NCBI RefSeq assembly: GCF_006345805.1
Contig: NC_043004.1
Coordinates: forward strand, 31,992,001 to 32,056,000
DNA length: 64,000 nucleotides
From: Octopus sinensis
Taxonomy: Eukaryota
Direction of reading: 5' to 3'
Every line of letters starts with the position of its first letter. The stretch's first letter is position 1. Position numbers and translations under genes: made by a program. Of the stretch, positions 62,188 through 64,000 are shown piece after piece. Under the pieces are notes generated by a model that saw only the letters and a program-made list of their open reading frames with translations, was not told the DNA's origin and made no database searches.

Positions 62188-63403
62188 CTGAAGAAAAAAA
62201 AAACCCATATATAATAAATCTGAAGAAATGAGTTTCTGAAACTTTGCTTTAATCAAATTTATTTTTAAATGACTAATTGTTATGTGTGGACTATAGTTAC
62301 TAGTAATATGTTAAGTGAATTAATAGTTATTAGCCTGCTTTACAATCATACCAAACGAATTGGTTTTCACAAAAAAGCTATTGTTTTACTAGTCATTTCA
62401 TCTAATCATTTCCATTCAAGAAATGAATCACTCTTTAAGGGGAGAGTTTAAGAAAAAAGTGTCAAGTCAGCTAAATTGACCGAAAACCATTGTCGGACAA
62501 CTGGGTGAAAAAAGAAAATAGTTTTAATGCAATGAACAAGTTCCCAAGTTATTATAGGAGAGTGTGCTGGCTAATAGCAGTTAAAGAAGTCTGACATAAA
62601 TGCTGCCTCTGAAACCACACAAAATTTATGCCAGTGTGTAACCTGGGTCAGTCTAGACTGAATACCCTAATTGCATCCAGATCAGATGACTGTAGGATCC
62701 ACAGCCATACCACATTGCAAGTTTCCACACCGACCATGTATTATAATTTGTAGGTCCCTGGGGTAAGCGCTGTAGAGGAAGACATTGTGAATGCAACAGC
62801 TGCAACATTTCAGGTAATGGTATTATCTGTGTCAATTTAATGTCCACTTTTCCATGGTCAGACGGAATTCAAAGATTTTCTACAACAGAATGCTGTTATA
62901 GTCACCAACCCTTGCATTTCCAAGCAAAGTAATATTGTCCCATGATCAGATTTCCATAGAATATTGGCAGCAATACTGTCTGAAAGACAGTGATAGATGT
63001 TTTACAACTATTGCAGGATGCCAAAACAAAGAGAAATACATTCACATAGCAAGCTTCAGCAGTTTTCATCTAAAAAAGTGCCACAAAATGGGACTGAACC
63101 TGAAGCAACATAACTGGAAAGCAAACTTCTTAATGACTCGGTGCTTATGTTTGTGATCAATGTTCTTAGGACAGCATTTTAGATATCTTTGAGAATATAA
63201 TAGGAAAGATTGTAAGAGCTAAAGCCTACAGTAGCAACTTTAAAGTGTCCGAGTATTTTGGTTTTAGTGTACAGGTAGCCTATGCACAGTCATATTATAC
63301 ATATGCATTGTGTTAGTTATGGAAAGCTTGTAGTCTCAAAACAGGACTGACATACTTCATGATGGATGTAATAACATCTGCTAGCTAAATGCGGTGCCCA
63401 TAT

Positions 63404-63404
63404 A

Positions 63405-63439
<35 letters not shown>

Positions 63440-63448
63440 AAGAGAGAA

Positions 63449-63521
<73 letters not shown>

Positions 63522-63545
63522 GAGAGAGAGAGAGAGAAAGAGAGG

Positions 63546-63577
<32 letters not shown>

Positions 63578-63668
63578 AAGAGAGAGAGAAGAGAGAGAGA
63601 AAGAGAGAGAGAAGAAAGAGAGAGAGAAAGAAGAGAGAGAAAGAAGAGAGAGAAAGAGAGAGAGAGAA

Positions 63669-63755
<87 letters not shown>

Positions 63756-63830
63756 AATAGAGTGAGAGAGAAAGAGAGTGAGAGAGAAAGAGAGTGAGAG
63801 AGAAAGAGAGAGAGAGAGAGCAAGAGAAAG
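63404..63830. repeat. Compound (GA/GAAA/GAA)n polypurine tract
   Basis: Purine-only on the + strand from 63404 to about 63757. Confidence 0.97.
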
Positions 63831-63962
63831 TGCCCTCACTGTTCTTACTATGGCAGACACAGGTAATTTACCGTTGTGAATACTAATTCGATGTTAACTA
63901 CAATAAAGCTACAAGCACTATCAGCAAATATTTCAAATTTGCTAAAAATGCAAATTACTCAC

Positions 63963-64000
63963 CTGAAAGAAATTCCTTCATCTTCCTTCAAACAACCATA
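63963..64000 (-). CDS. PRDX: Peroxiredoxin internal exon, truncated by the window edge
   Basis: YGCLKEDEGISF-AG|gtgagt matches the Prx YGVLKEDEGIAFR motif. Confidence 0.93.

Noticed and set aside
63317-63860. Long ORFs on both strands (SL- and RE-rich)
   Set aside because: Translations of the (GA)n tract, not genes.
2058-64000. Possible ancient microsynteny of TMEM38-TTC33-PIF1-PRDX
   Set aside because: Cannot be evaluated without other genomes; no functional link between the four genes is evident.
1-64000. CRISPR arrays, rRNA, operon-like or prokaryotic defence systems
   Set aside because: Intron-rich eukaryotic DNA; the tandem arrays lack unique spacers and no such genes were seen.

Overview
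AT-rich eukaryotic genomic DNA with dense SINEs and microsatellites; the repeat repertoire suggests an octopus or other coleoid cephalopod (inference, not searched). Four spliced genes were reconstructed by hand with GT-AG junctions and consistent phases: (1) last exon of a TMEM38/TRIC cation channel (+); (2) complete TTC33 (-, 4 coding exons, 281 aa); (3) complete PIF1 helicase (+, 11 coding exons, 614 aa); (4) the 3' end of a typical 2-Cys peroxiredoxin (-, two full exons plus part of a third). TTC33 and PIF1 are divergent; TMEM38/TTC33 and PIF1/Prx are convergent. The rest is mostly tRNA-derived SINEs, CR1/L2, L1/Tx1 and RTE LINE fragments, mariner relics, piggyBac- and hAT-type MITEs, and simple repeats. 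Most short ORFs in the track are repeat artefacts. Best leads: a complete minimal type-I hammerhead ribozyme fold on the TTC33 sense strand (23081-23126); a self-nested foldback DNA element with a 7-bp TSD and telomere-repeat/G4 inner arm ends between the divergent promoters; a pre-miRNA-like hairpin and a candidate poison exon in the repeat-poor last Prx intron; and a CCAAT/CHR-type PIF1 promoter.
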